DNA from: a candidate division WOR-3 bacterium
GTDB lineage: Bacteria > Hydrothermota > Tepidihabitantia > Tepidihabitantales > Tepidihabitantaceae
NCBI GenBank assembly: GCA_037441285.1
Contig: JBBISL010000006.1
Location: forward strand, 33,157-97,156
Direction of reading: 5' to 3'
DNA: 64,000 nucleotides
Below the pieces are notes generated by a model, which was given only the letters and a program-made list of their open reading frames with translations, was not told where the DNA came from and did no database searches. Of the stretch, positions 49,884 through 59,857 are shown piece after piece (within the stretch, counting starts at the first letter, position 1; each line of letters begins with the position of its first letter). Both the position numbers and the translations under genes were made by a program.

Positions 49884-52571
49884 TTATTTGAGAACCACCG
49901 CCTTCTGGGCGTACACACCAGCCGGTGTTTTTAACTGCACAAGATAGGTTCCGCTTGCAAGGTCGGCAGCACTCAAATTCATCCGCACATAATCTCCAAA
50001 GTTAACCTGTCTGCGCTGGGTGGCTTTTAGCGCACCGGTAAGGGTGTAGAGGGAAAGTTCAACCGTTCCAGTAACCGGCGCGGTGAATTCAACCGTTGCC
50101 ATCCGCTTGATGGGGTTGGGGGTGATGTGGAGCGTATAAGGACGCCGTGCTTGCCAGAGGGGTGTTAGGTCTTCAACACCGGGCAGCCTTTCGCCCAACC
50201 ATTCGAAGATGCGTTTAATCAGAGTCCAGCGCTGGAGATAGCGGGAGGAGTGGTCAATCGCTTCAAACGCCACTGGGAAGAAGGCGAGTTTGTAGTTGCC
50301 CGAGTAGCGGATAAGAGAAGCGGCGGTGGTGTCGGCGTAATCTTTGAACCGGGCACAAGCCGCAGCATCACCGAGCGGACGAATCGCATCACTGGAGCGG
50401 GCGTTACCAGCACCACCACCACCGGCAAGAACCATCGTGTCGCCCCGGGTTATCGGGTCTCCGGAAATTCCCGGGAGAAACGGTTTGCCCGTGGAGTCGG
50501 CAACAAACTGGGCATGCAGGTAGTCGCTCAGGAAAGAGGAGCCGTTCAGTTCGCGGGCGATGTTCTGGCCGGAAAGGATGAGTTTGCCACCGTTGTTCAG
50601 GTAGGTTGTCAGATTTGCCTGGTCGGTTGCGGTCAGGGTGTTACTGGTGGCGTCACCGGTGAACCAGATAACAACCGGATAATGGTTAAGCGTGTCCGCG
50701 GGTGGCGAGCCTGAAGCCTGAACCGAATAGGTGCGATAGAGTACGCCGTTGGAGTCGCAAGCCGATGTGTAGAAGCGCTCATAGTTCTGCCCTTCATCAT
50801 CGTCAACAATTAATACACGGGGTGAACCACACACGGCGATGAAGTTGGTGTCCGGATAGGCAGGGTCCGGTGTGGCATGGACGGTGAGCAGGAAACGAAT
50901 GCGCTGGGGCGGGGCGCTGGCGTCAATATGAATGACAAACGAGTCGGCCGAACAGGAACCGCTTGAGCCAGCAGGGATGTCCGGGAAGGTGGCGTTACCT
51001 TTGACCACGGTGACATCGGTGCCGATGGCGTTGAGCGTTGCCGAGACACCGGTGGCGTTGCGCCAGCCCGCGCTGTTGGCATAAGTAACAATCAGGGCAA
51101 CGGTCTCACCCGGGTCAGGCTGACCGTTGTTGTTGCCCGCCTGGTCGTTAAAGCGCCAGCCAGTCATAGTCAGGTTGCAGTAGTAGAGGGGCAGAACCAC
51201 ATTTGCCATTGATACCCGGCCTGCTCCCAGTTTTCCCTGAGTGTAAAGTGGGTCAGGCATTGAGTCGCAGGCGTCGTGCAGCATCTGGATGCAGGTAGCG
51301 TTGGAGATGGTGGTGTCAAAAGACTTTATCCAGCAGGCAACACCCGCAGCAAGCGGGCAGGACATTGAGGTCCCGTCCATTGAGCCATAGGAACCGGCAA
51401 TTCTGGTAAGAGTTGAGTAAATCCCCTGACCTGGTGCGGTGACATCAACCCAGGTGCCGTAGTTGGACCAGGATGCCCTGGTGTCGTTGGAGGTGGAGGC
51501 GGCAACATTTTCAACCCCGCTGTAGCAGCCCGGATAGCGCATTACCTCCAGCCCGTCGTTGCCGGCCGAGCCAAAAAGGACCAGTCCGGAGTCCCAGGCA
51601 TACTGGCAGGCGTCCGCCATGGGCGGATAGGGCGATGCCGAGCCAAAACTCATTGAGATTGACCAGGCACCCATTGGAACAAGGTAGTAGATGGCGCCGA
51701 TTGCAGCAAAGATTGAAATGCCACCACCGGCACCACAGTGGAAAGCCATCGACCGGGAGTTCCAGGTGGTGCCGGCGACACCGGTCGCATTGTTGGTAAC
51801 CGCATTGGTGATACCCCAGCAGTGGGTGCCGTGGGTGTCGGAACCATCAGGCATCGGTACAGGGTCGCCATAGAGGAAGTCCCAGCCGACAACATCGTCG
51901 GCGTAGCCGTTCATATCCTGGTCAATACCGTCAATGTCGCCGTCCGGATAGGGCAGGGTGTCAAACTGGCCATTGCCATTGACATCTTCGGGCGTGTTGA
52001 TCCAGAGGTTTGCCTTAACATCGGGATGGAAGATGTCCAAGCCATCGTCCAGTACACAGTTTATCACCCGGGTTTTGCCTTTTGCCACCTCCCAGGCGGT
52101 TGGTGCCCCAAGATTGGTGTAGTGCCACTGATAGGAGTAGTAGGGGTCATCGGGCACTTCGTCAAAGCGCATATAGCCGTTGGGGCAGGTGTAGGCGACT
52201 TCAGAAAGTCTTTCGTAATCGGCGGCAACCGGTGCAATCGGCTGGTCAACATCAAACTGAATCAGGTACTGCAAATCACAGCCGTACTTCTGCGCAATCG
52301 GGTCAACCGTGGGCCGACGCCAGAGCGGCGCAATTTCATTGACCCGCCACTTGCGGTTGAGCGCATCGAGCGCCGGGATGCCAAACAGGACGATACCGTC
52401 TTCCGATGTAATATTGACTCTGCCCCGCAGTTCGGGGTTCAGTTCCAGAATTAACTGCCCGGCGATGTGCTCTGCGCCATCGGTGCTACGCACCACCGGC
52501 CGTTTAAGGTCGGGCCAGGCAAAAGTGGTAGCGATAACCAGCGCGGTTAACGCTAAGAGTTTCCGTTTCAT
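49884..52571 (-). CDS. Secreted S8 serine peptidase with T9SS-like tail
   Basis: VLDDG, HGTHCWG, GSAGN, GTSMSCP; signal peptide; SD AGGAGG. Confidence 0.85.
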   Translation of the reverse strand: MKRKLLALTALVIATTFAWPDLKRPVVRSTDGAEHIAGQLILELNPELRGRVNITSEDGIVLFGIPALDALNRKWRVNEIAPLWRRPTVDPIAQKYGCDLQYLIQFDVDQPIAPVAADYERLSEVAYTCPNGYMRFDEVPDDPYYSYQWHYTNLGAPTAWEVAKGKTRVINCVLDDGLDIFHPDVKANLWINTPEDVNGNGQFDTLPYPDGDIDGIDQDMNGYADDVVGWDFLYGDPVPMPDGSDTHGTHCWGITNAVTNNATGVAGTTWNSRSMAFHCGAGGGISIFAAIGAIYYLVPMGAWSISMSFGSASPYPPMADACQYAWDSGLVLFGSAGNDGLEVMRYPGCYSGVENVAASTSNDTRASWSNYGTWVDVTAPGQGIYSTLTRIAGSYGSMDGTSMSCPLAAGVACWIKSFDTTISNATCIQMLHDACDSMPDPLYTQGKLGAGRVSMANVVLPLYYCNLTMTGWRFNDQAGNNNGQPDPGETVALIVTYANSAGWRNATGVSATLNAIGTDVTVVKGNATFPDIPAGSSGSCSADSFVIHIDASAPPQRIRFLLTVHATPDPAYPDTNFIAVCGSPRVLIVDDDEGQNYERFYTSACDSNGVLYRTYSVQASGSPPADTLNHYPVVIWFTGDATSNTLTATDQANLTTYLNNGGKLILSGQNIARELNGSSFLSDYLHAQFVADSTGKPFLPGISGDPITRGDTMVLAGGGGAGNARSSDAIRPLGDAAACARFKDYADTTAASLIRYSGNYKLAFFPVAFEAIDHSSRYLQRWTLIKRIFEWLGERLPGVEDLTPLWQARRPYTLHITPNPIKRMATVEFTAPVTGTVELSLYTLTGALKATQRRQVNFGDYVRMNLSAADLASGTYLVQLKTPAGVYAQKAVVLK

Positions 52572-52653
52572 CAGATGCCTCCTGATAGGTTTTATTAATA
52601 CACTAATCTACCGATAACATAAAAGCATAAACAAAAGGCGGCTTGTGTCAATT

Positions 52654-53406
52654 TTACTTCTGGGGTTTGTCGGCGGCGATTATCAGTTGTTCGGGCATAC
52701 CGGAGAGGTTGGGTACTTCCCAGCGCTGGCGGACATCACCCACCTCCTCCAGGCCGAAAATATGAAATCCAGCCCGGGACAGGAAGTAAAAATGGTCGGA
52801 CAAGGTCCAGTGGTAGTTGTATCTACCAAACGCCTTGCCCGGAGTGGTGATATCTTCTTCAAAATCGGCTTCAGTTCGCGGCCGCCGGCGCTCAAAATAG
52901 GAAAAGGCGAGACGAGGGGGTCCTGGTTCCTGCTTCCAGATGCGGCGAATCGGGTGGTATTCGTTGATGACCAACCGACCACCGGGTTCGAGGATTGAGA
53001 AAACCGCCTGATAAAATGAGCCCAGGTCTTCAACCAGCCCGGCAACCTGAGCCGCATAGGCGATTTCGCAGGCGTTTTCACCAAGGGAAGAGAGGTTGGT
53101 TAACTCCGCTTCCTGATATTCCAGTTCCACGCCGACAATCTGCGCCCGGACCATAACCACATCTAAGCCACTGTTCGAAGGGTCAATCAATCGTACCTTT
53201 GCGCCCATTGCGGCAAAGGCAAGCGGTGCCATCCCGTCACCGGTGCCGATGACACACACCCTTTTGCCCGCGACCGGACCAAGAAATTCCATCTCTGCCT
53301 GGTTCAGGGCAAGCGATGGCATAACCACCACCCGGCGCCAGATGTCGTTGTCGTCGGGATTGCGCTCCCAAGCCGGTGCTACGGGGATGTAGTCGCGGGG
53401 CGGCAT
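52654..53406 (-). CDS. Class I SAM-dependent methyltransferase
   Basis: VCVIGTGDG, LEPGGRLVINEYHP; likely ATG 53406. Confidence 0.75.
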   Translation of the reverse strand: MPPRDYIPVAPAWERNPDDNDIWRRVVVMPSLALNQAEMEFLGPVAGKRVCVIGTGDGMAPLAFAAMGAKVRLIDPSNSGLDVVMVRAQIVGVELEYQEAELTNLSSLGENACEIAYAAQVAGLVEDLGSFYQAVFSILEPGGRLVINEYHPIRRIWKQEPGPPRLAFSYFERRRPRTEADFEEDITTPGKAFGRYNYHWTLSDHFYFLSRAGFHIFGLEEVGDVRQRWEVPNLSGMPEQLIIAADKPQK

Positions 53407-53413
53407 CAACTTC

Positions 53414-54094
53414 TCACTTTCCGCGCTGGTATTCGACCAGGAGCTCTTCACCCTGGGCGGTTTGTTTCCGAACTATGCCGATTTCGGGAGCAAGCCACTC
53501 GGTCCAGGATGTTTCGGTCGTTTCCCGGGCAAAAATCTTTTCGGTAAACTCAATCCGGTAGCAGTCGTAAAAGTCTCCAGCAATCGTTGGCACATTTTCC
53601 AAGGCGGCAACCCAGGCACGGACCAGATGGGTGAATTGAATCGTATCGGTTCCGTAAACAAGGGTGGTATCATACCGGTCAAAACTACTGTCACCGAGCA
53701 CAAAGGGCAGTTGGTAGAGCAGACCAAACCGGTATTCAACCGTGTCCGGTGCGTTGGGCCGGGAGATGGTATTGACAACGAGGCGGCGGATTTCGGTTGG
53801 GTTACTCAGGTAGTATTCCGGTGCCCCATTGCGGTAGACCCTGATACAATTTTGGTTTAACATTACGGCGGGCAGGGTATCAACCTCAACATAGATGGTG
53901 TCGGTTCCAGCAAGATACTTCCAGTGGCTGCCCGGAATTAACGGAAAGTAGTTCGCACCGGCACGAAAGAGGAGCGTATCGGAGCAGGAGAGGAGAGCGG
54001 TGAAGAAAAGCGCAGAAGTTAAGTAGAGCAGAAGAGCACAAGACCGGCTTGCCCGGCGCTCCGCGATTTTGCAGTACGAATTTCTAAAAGGCAT
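53414..54094 (-). CDS. Putative lipoprotein
   Basis: LLSC lipobox, NYFPL..G..WKY, WLAPEIGIVR; start ATG 54094 overlaps the upstream stop. Confidence 0.6.
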   Translation of the reverse strand: MPFRNSYCKIAERRASRSCALLLYLTSALFFTALLSCSDTLLFRAGANYFPLIPGSHWKYLAGTDTIYVEVDTLPAVMLNQNCIRVYRNGAPEYYLSNPTEIRRLVVNTISRPNAPDTVEYRFGLLYQLPFVLGDSSFDRYDTTLVYGTDTIQFTHLVRAWVAALENVPTIAGDFYDCYRIEFTEKIFARETTETSWTEWLAPEIGIVRKQTAQGEELLVEYQRGK

Positions 54095-54596
54095 AGCCAA
54101 CCTCCGCATAGATAGCCGGGAAGTAAGTAAAAACCGGTGCCCGATTGGGCGGTGCGCTAAAGAAGATGGTGTTGTCAATGCCGGCACAGACCCGGCTGTG
54201 GCGCTCCTGTTGATAGACAAAGAGATTGATATGGCAATCCGGTGCGTAGCCGGTTTCCTGGGCGTAGTTGTAGGTGCGGCGGATATAGCCATAACCCGGG
54301 CCCGCGCCCAGCGCAATTCCCCAGTTTGATTTTGCGAACAGGGCATAACTGTAAGAGAGGGAGAGTTCGTGGATGGTCATTTCGTAACGGATGTTCTGCT
54401 TACCGGCGAAGTCAAGGAGGGAGTAGTTCAATCCCAGGCGCTGGCGGGAAAATGTGTAGCCGAGCTGCGCACCCAAGAGGGTACTGGAACGGGTATGACG
54501 GTTGATGCCGCCGGTAGGAAACGCCGCGCCCACCCGGCCTCCAAAATCAAAGCCCGTAAAAATTAATGTGGCAGCGAGCAACAGATTTAACACCAT
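54084..54596 (-). CDS. Small outer-membrane beta-barrel protein
   Basis: Signal peptide, alternating beta strands, C-terminal VGYAF. Confidence 0.65.
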   Translation of the reverse strand: MVLNLLLAATLIFTGFDFGGRVGAAFPTGGINRHTRSSTLLGAQLGYTFSRQRLGLNYSLLDFAGKQNIRYEMTIHELSLSYSYALFAKSNWGIALGAGPGYGYIRRTYNYAQETGYAPDCHINLFVYQQERHSRVCAGIDNTIFFSAPPNRAPVFTYFPAIYAEVGYAF

Positions 54597-54623
54597 TAAA
54601 CTTTACCATTCCGACAAATTGTG

Positions 54624-55526
54624 TCAAGAAATGTCCATCATCCGCTGCAGGGCGGCACGGGCACGAGCGGCGACCTCCTCCGGGATGATGATTTCCGGTT
54701 GGCTGCCGGAGAGGGCAGCGTGGACCTTTTCGAGGGTGGTCAGTTTCATATTGCGGCAGACCGCGGTGCGGCGCAAGGGGTGGCAGATTTTGCCCGGATA
54801 CTCCCGGCGGATGCGCTGGCACATCCCGATTTCGGTGCCCAGAACGATTTCATCGTAGTCCCGGGCGAGCCGGAGCATACCACCGGTTGAAGCAACTTTG
54901 TCGGCGGCGGCGATTACATCCGGTTGACATTCGGGATGAACGATGACGATTGCGTTCGGATGCTCTTTTCTTGCCTGCGCCACATCAGCCGGCGTGAAAA
55001 AGGCGTGGACATAACAGAAACCTTCCCAGGGGATGAGGTCGCGGCCGGTTTCGTGCGCCACCCAGAGGGCAAGGTTTTTGTCCGGAACAAAGAGGATGCG
55101 CCGGTTGGCGGGCAGAGTGGCAACAACCTTCACCGCATTTGCCGAGGTGCAACAGATGTCGGCTTCTGCCTTGACTTCGGCATCGGTATTGACATAGGCG
55201 ACAACGAGGTCAACACCCAGTTCGGCTTTTTTACGGCGCAGGGTCTCGGCGGTAATCATCTTTGCCATCTGACAGCCGGCGCGGGGTTCGGCGAGCACAA
55301 CCCGGGTTTTGGGGTTGAGGAGTTTGGCGGTCTCGGCCATAAACTTAACGCCGCAGAACACAATCAGTTCGCAGTCTGCCTGTTGTGCCTGCCGGGCAAG
55401 TTCGAGCGAATCACCGATAAAGTCGGCAACTTCGTAGATCTCGGGCGGCTGATAGTTGTGACAGAGAACGATTGCCCGCTGCCGCTTCTTTAATTCGACA
55501 ATCTCGTTTATTAACTCGGTGTTCAT
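54624..55526 (-). CDS. nadA: Quinolinate synthase
   Basis: HNYQ, GDSLEL, FCGVKFMAE, CYVH, VHPEC, CRNMK. Confidence 0.95.
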   Translation of the reverse strand: MNTELINEIVELKKRQRAIVLCHNYQPPEIYEVADFIGDSLELARQAQQADCELIVFCGVKFMAETAKLLNPKTRVVLAEPRAGCQMAKMITAETLRRKKAELGVDLVVAYVNTDAEVKAEADICCTSANAVKVVATLPANRRILFVPDKNLALWVAHETGRDLIPWEGFCYVHAFFTPADVAQARKEHPNAIVIVHPECQPDVIAAADKVASTGGMLRLARDYDEIVLGTEIGMCQRIRREYPGKICHPLRRTAVCRNMKLTTLEKVHAALSGSQPEIIIPEEVAARARAALQRMMDIS

Positions 55527-55999
55527 CGGCGCCGGGGTGGTTTTGGTTTCCCGGGTTGCCAGAACCGGTCCTCTTCAAGGATGTGGACAACCTCTACCCC
55601 ATTGCGGGCGACTTCCTGGGCGAGGATGAGCCGGCGGCAGAACTCCGGTGTGTAGCAGGAGCAGAGGATACAGCAGACCCGGGTGGGAACCCGGCTGCTG
55701 ATGATTTTCAGCCCGCGTTGCACCTCTTCGGTCTGGAGCCAGTTCTTTACCGCGTGGCGGTCAGGTGCGGCGAGCAGGGCGCGACAGCCACCGCCCAGTT
55801 CGTTGCCCAAGAACACATAGTTAATCCGGTTGTCCGAGCACAACTTTTCCATTCCGGCGCGGGAAAGGTGGGGCAGTTTTTCGGCAATCGGTCCGGGGTT
55901 GGCACGGATGTCGAACAGAACCTGGATGCCGAATTTATAAAGCAAACGGCTGAACTCGTATTCCGGGCGATGACCGGTGCCGATGGTATAAAGCTTCAT
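55523..55999 (-). CDS. DUF488 family protein
   Basis: LYTIG, DIRANP, ELGG, V.HI. Confidence 0.7.
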   Translation of the reverse strand: MKLYTIGTGHRPEYEFSRLLYKFGIQVLFDIRANPGPIAEKLPHLSRAGMEKLCSDNRINYVFLGNELGGGCRALLAAPDRHAVKNWLQTEEVQRGLKIISSRVPTRVCCILCSCYTPEFCRRLILAQEVARNGVEVVHILEEDRFWQPGKPKPPRRR

Positions 56000-56014
56000 T
56001 TTTGGTGTCCCCTT

Positions 56015-56359
56015 TCAACAGGTAACATGAAATATTGCCGCTTTGGGCGGGTTGAGTTGATTGTAAATCTTTATCGCCTCCGGAGTCGGGGCAGCGTGGT
56101 AGTCGATGTTGTTGGTCTGGAGAAATTGAATGGCATCCGGGCTTAGTTGCACAACCCCATCCTGGCCGGTACCAATAACGAGGCGGGCGTTAGTGCCTGC
56201 GAGCACCCGCGCCACCTCCTTCTTACCGACGGTGTGGTTGTCACCGGTGAGATGCCGATAGCGGTTCTCAATTCGGTCATCAGGATAGATGACGATATCG
56301 GTGTCAAACCGGGCACGGTCGGTTTCAATCCAGCCAAAACCAGTGGCTTTTATCTCCAC
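56015..56359 (-). CDS. Mth938-like domain protein
   Basis: FGWIE, IGTGQDG, TPEAIKIYN, FHVTC. Confidence 0.8.
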   Translation of the reverse strand: MEIKATGFGWIETDRARFDTDIVIYPDDRIENRYRHLTGDNHTVGKKEVARVLAGTNARLVIGTGQDGVVQLSPDAIQFLQTNNIDYHAAPTPEAIKIYNQLNPPKAAIFHVTC

Positions 56360-56376
56360 AGATTGATGTTAAACGG

Positions 56377-57081
56377 TTATGGGCAATTGTCAAGTGTTGG
56401 GCGGTGCAGTTCAATCGGGGCAAAGGCGTCGGGCTGGACGACTTTGACCTCACCGAGGCGCACCAGTTCTAACAGGGCAAGGAAGGTGACGATGATTTCG
56501 GTGAGGGTAGCGCCGGTCACCGCCTCCTCAAAATTCAGGCGTTCCTTCTCTCTGAGCAGGTTGCGGAGCACGGCAATTTTATCCGAGACTTTGAGGCGCT
56601 GCGGTTCAATCGTGACGGCGGGCGTGGGTTTGAGCCGGGCAAGGAGCCGGCTGAAGGCACGGGCCAGAAGGGTGATGTCTTCGGACTCAGCCGGACGCGG
56701 TGGTGGCGATTCGCCCGGTCGGGGAAAGCGCTGGCGTTGCTCGGCTTCGCGGTTGGCGAGGAGCCGTGCCGCCTGCTGAAATGAGCGATAACTTTCAAGA
56801 ATCTGCTCAAGGGAAATCTGGGGTGGGGAAAGGTCTTCTTCGGCGGTTCGGGGTAAGAGGGCACGGGTTTTGAGGCGCAGAAGCACCGCCGCCATAACCA
56901 GAAAGTCGCTGGCGGCGTCAAGGTTTAAAAGGTTCTCGCTGCGCAGCAGGGCAAGGTAATCATCGGTCAAACGGGCAATCGGGATGTCAAACACATCCAG
57001 TTCATTTTTACGCACGAGGTAGAGCAACAGTTCCAGTGGTCCCTCGAAAACATCGAGCCGGACCAGGGTTTCCTTTGTCAT
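56377..57081 (-). CDS. scpA: Segregation and condensation protein A (kleisin)
   Basis: FEGPLELLLYL, FLVMAA.L..LK, FLALLEL. Confidence 0.9.
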   Translation of the reverse strand: MTKETLVRLDVFEGPLELLLYLVRKNELDVFDIPIARLTDDYLALLRSENLLNLDAASDFLVMAAVLLRLKTRALLPRTAEEDLSPPQISLEQILESYRSFQQAARLLANREAEQRQRFPRPGESPPPRPAESEDITLLARAFSRLLARLKPTPAVTIEPQRLKVSDKIAVLRNLLREKERLNFEEAVTGATLTEIIVTFLALLELVRLGEVKVVQPDAFAPIELHRPTLDNCP

Positions 57082-58109
57082 AAAGACACCAGGTGGTAAT
57101 TTCGGTTACCCAAGCCAATCTCCGCGCCGCGTGCCAGAACAATTTCCGGGTTGAGGTGCGGGTAAATCTCTTTCAGTGCCGCACGGGCGTGGTCCCATGC
57201 TGCCTGGTCGCATGCCACCGGGTCAAAAGAGGCAAATAGTCCGGCGTCGGGCATAATCGGGTTCTCGGTCTGGGGGTAGCAGTCGCAGTTCGGAGTTACC
57301 TTTAACAGGATGGCGAAGTGAATCGCCACCCGGTCTTTGAGCACCGCATAGCAGTATTCGGCAAGTTTCTTTTGTACCGACTCGGAGGCGGCATCCCAGT
57401 TAATTTTGATGGCACCGTGCGGGCAGACGGCAAGACAGCCACCACAGCCCACGCAACTGCGGCCGATGTGGGCGACATACCTGACAAAGTCAATCGCATC
57501 GTGGGGACAGTAGTCAACGCAATTACCGCAACTGAGGCACTGCTCTTCGTCCACATAAGGCTTGGAAGAGGAGTGCATCGCCAGTTTGCCCGCCTTTGCC
57601 GCCAGCCCCATCGCAATGCTTTTTATCGCGCCGCCAAAACCGGCAACAAAGTGTCCTTTGAAGTGGGCGAGGTTGACGAGATAGCGAAGGAAACGCAGTT
57701 TGCCGGCGAGCAAGGCGGGGGTCTGGGGAGAAAAGTCGAGCGCTATCGGATAGAAATGCTCGCCGTACTCACCGTCGAGGATTTCAATCGGCACCAAAGT
57801 CCGCTCAACGGTAAAGCCGTGCTCGCGGGCAAGTTTGATGTGCTCGGAGGCGCGCTGGCGCCGGCCACGATAAAGCGCGGTTGTTTCCACGGCAACGGGC
57901 TGGAGGTCGTGGTTGATACAGGCGATGGCGGCGCTGCGCACCAGTTCCGGGCTGATATGGTTGTTGTTGTCCTTTTCGCCGAAATGGGCTTTGATACCCA
58001 CCTTCTTGCGCGGGCGGGTGCGGCCGAAGAATCCGGACTGTTCAAGGATTAAACCGACACCGTCGGTCACCCGTTCCGGCGGCACAAACCAGACAACTGA
58101 TGAACTCAT
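57078..58109 (-). CDS. DUF362 family protein with a 2x[4Fe-4S] ferredoxin domain
   Basis: KAHFGE, HFKGH, CLSCGNC...CP, CVGCGGC...CP, CDC. Confidence 0.8.
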   Translation of the reverse strand: MSSSVVWFVPPERVTDGVGLILEQSGFFGRTRPRKKVGIKAHFGEKDNNNHISPELVRSAAIACINHDLQPVAVETTALYRGRRQRASEHIKLAREHGFTVERTLVPIEILDGEYGEHFYPIALDFSPQTPALLAGKLRFLRYLVNLAHFKGHFVAGFGGAIKSIAMGLAAKAGKLAMHSSSKPYVDEEQCLSCGNCVDYCPHDAIDFVRYVAHIGRSCVGCGGCLAVCPHGAIKINWDAASESVQKKLAEYCYAVLKDRVAIHFAILLKVTPNCDCYPQTENPIMPDAGLFASFDPVACDQAAWDHARAALKEIYPHLNPEIVLARGAEIGLGNRNYHLVSL

Positions 58110-59188
58110 CGCCACACTCCTGAAATAGGTGTTTTACAGAATTTGCATTTGCCATTGACAATGTTGTTTTCCAGCACGGTATAGCCCTGACGCCGGATGA
58201 GTAAACTGCCACATTTAGGACAGTAGGTGTTTTCGTCCTGATCGCCCGGGACATTGCCGATGTAGACATACTTCAAGCCGGTCTGACGGGCGATGGCGAT
58301 TGCCTTTTTTAGGGTTTTAACCGGTGTTACCGGCGCGTTTTGTAACTGGTAGTCGGGATGGAACTGGGTGAAGTGCAAGGGGATGGTGTCACCGCAATTT
58401 TCCTTTATCCAGGAACACATCTGGCGAATGGTCGTGGTGTCGTCGTTAAAACCCGGGACAACAAGGTTGACCAGTTCTAAGTGACAGGAGGTCTGAGCGA
58501 CCGTTTTAATAGCGGTTAGTACCGGCTCAAGGCTTGAACCACAAACGGTGCGATAAAACTCGGGCGTAAAACCTTTCAGGTCAATCTTGATGGCGTCAAC
58601 GACCGAACACAGTTCACGCAGCGGTTCCGGGTTGATATATCCCCCGGACACGACCGCAGTTTTGATACCCCGGGCGCGGGCAAGGCGGGCGATGTCAATC
58701 ATATACTCAAAAAAGACCACCGGTTCGGTGTAGGTAAAGCAGATGATGGGCAGGTTGAGTTTCTCCGCAAGGGCAACAACCTGTTCCGGGGTCATCTCCT
58801 GGCTCGGCACCGCTTCCGGTGTTGCCTGAGAGATCTCCCAGTTCTGGCAGTACTTGCAACGCTGATTACAGCCAACCGTGGCAAGGGTCAGACGCAGGGC
58901 ACCGGGCAGGAAGTGAAAAAATGGTGCCTTTTCAATCGGTTCGCGGTTGATGGAGCAGGGTTTGCCATAGACCAGCGAGTAAAGGGTGCCGTTGCGATTT
59001 TCCCGTACCCGGCAGAAGCCCCTTTTGCCCGGAGAAATGACACACCGTCGCGGGCACAGTTCGCACTGGACCATTTTGTTTTCCAGTTTTCGGTAGTAAC
59101 GGGCTTCCATAAGTTCAACATTTCCCTTCTGGGGTGCGGGTGCGAGGCTTATAAGCAGGAGCAGAGCAAAAAAGAGAAACCGGTTCAT
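58106..59188 (-). CDS. amrS: AmmeMemoRadiSam system radical SAM enzyme
   Basis: CELCPRRC, G.CRVR, PIEKAP, CNQRCKYCQNWEISQ, YVYIGN, CPKCG. Confidence 0.9.
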   Translation of the reverse strand: MNRFLFFALLLLISLAPAPQKGNVELMEARYYRKLENKMVQCELCPRRCVISPGKRGFCRVRENRNGTLYSLVYGKPCSINREPIEKAPFFHFLPGALRLTLATVGCNQRCKYCQNWEISQATPEAVPSQEMTPEQVVALAEKLNLPIICFTYTEPVVFFEYMIDIARLARARGIKTAVVSGGYINPEPLRELCSVVDAIKIDLKGFTPEFYRTVCGSSLEPVLTAIKTVAQTSCHLELVNLVVPGFNDDTTTIRQMCSWIKENCGDTIPLHFTQFHPDYQLQNAPVTPVKTLKKAIAIARQTGLKYVYIGNVPGDQDENTYCPKCGSLLIRRQGYTVLENNIVNGKCKFCKTPISGVWR

Positions 59189-59191
59189 CGG

Positions 59192-59638
59192 TTAATGGGC
59201 AACAACACCGATGATTACACCGCAAACCAGCCCGAGCGTAAACACGCCGCCAATGCCCCCAAAGACCAGCCATTTTGCCCGGCAGGCGTTTTTCTCCATC
59301 GTTTGCCGGTCAATCAAAACCCGGGTTTCAAGTCCGGGTAAAAGTTCAACCTGGGAGGTTGCGCCATCAATGCGCGCCAGGGTCCAGAGGGCGTGCAACC
59401 GCGCGCCCACGGTTCCAGAACGCAACTGCCGGTAGAGCGCTTCGAGGCTGTCGTTGGAAACAATTGTCACCCAGTAACGGCCCGGGTCCAGTTGATATCG
59501 TTCTAAGGGGGTCAACCCCGCGGTGTCGCCTTCAACAAAAATGTTGTAACCCGGAGGGTCAGAACGGACAGTAAGGAAACCGGGTGCTGGAGAAGTTTGT
59601 CCGATAAGAAGGATGAATGATAAAACGGTTACCACCAT
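59192..59638 (-). CDS. PEGA-domain membrane protein
   Basis: LTVRSDPPG...GLTPL; C-terminal TM; start ATG 59638, 7 nt after a TTGACT-N17-TACCCT promoter. Confidence 0.65.
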   Translation of the reverse strand: MVVTVLSFILLIGQTSPAPGFLTVRSDPPGYNIFVEGDTAGLTPLERYQLDPGRYWVTIVSNDSLEALYRQLRSGTVGARLHALWTLARIDGATSQVELLPGLETRVLIDRQTMEKNACRAKWLVFGGIGGVFTLGLVCGVIIGVVAH

Positions 59639-59857
59639 TAAACAAAGGGTAGCGGAAAACAGCGACTCAGTCAAACAGAAATAGTGGTTGCTGGCAGTGG
59701 GCAGAGGATGCCGTGGGCGATTTTTGCCAAAAGTAAAATAGCGGCGCGGGTAAGATTTAAGCGTTGCTGGTGCCGGGCAGAATTCAGTTAGCGTTGACAT
59801 TTAAGTAAGTTATGGTATATTATTAAGTTAGTTACAAAGGAGAAAAGGGAGGATAAA

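Noticed and set aside
59639..59800. Long N-terminal extension of the PEGA ORF (similarly 54346, 53451, 49084, 30916)
   Set aside because: Extensions cross promoters or neighbouring genes; better starts lie downstream
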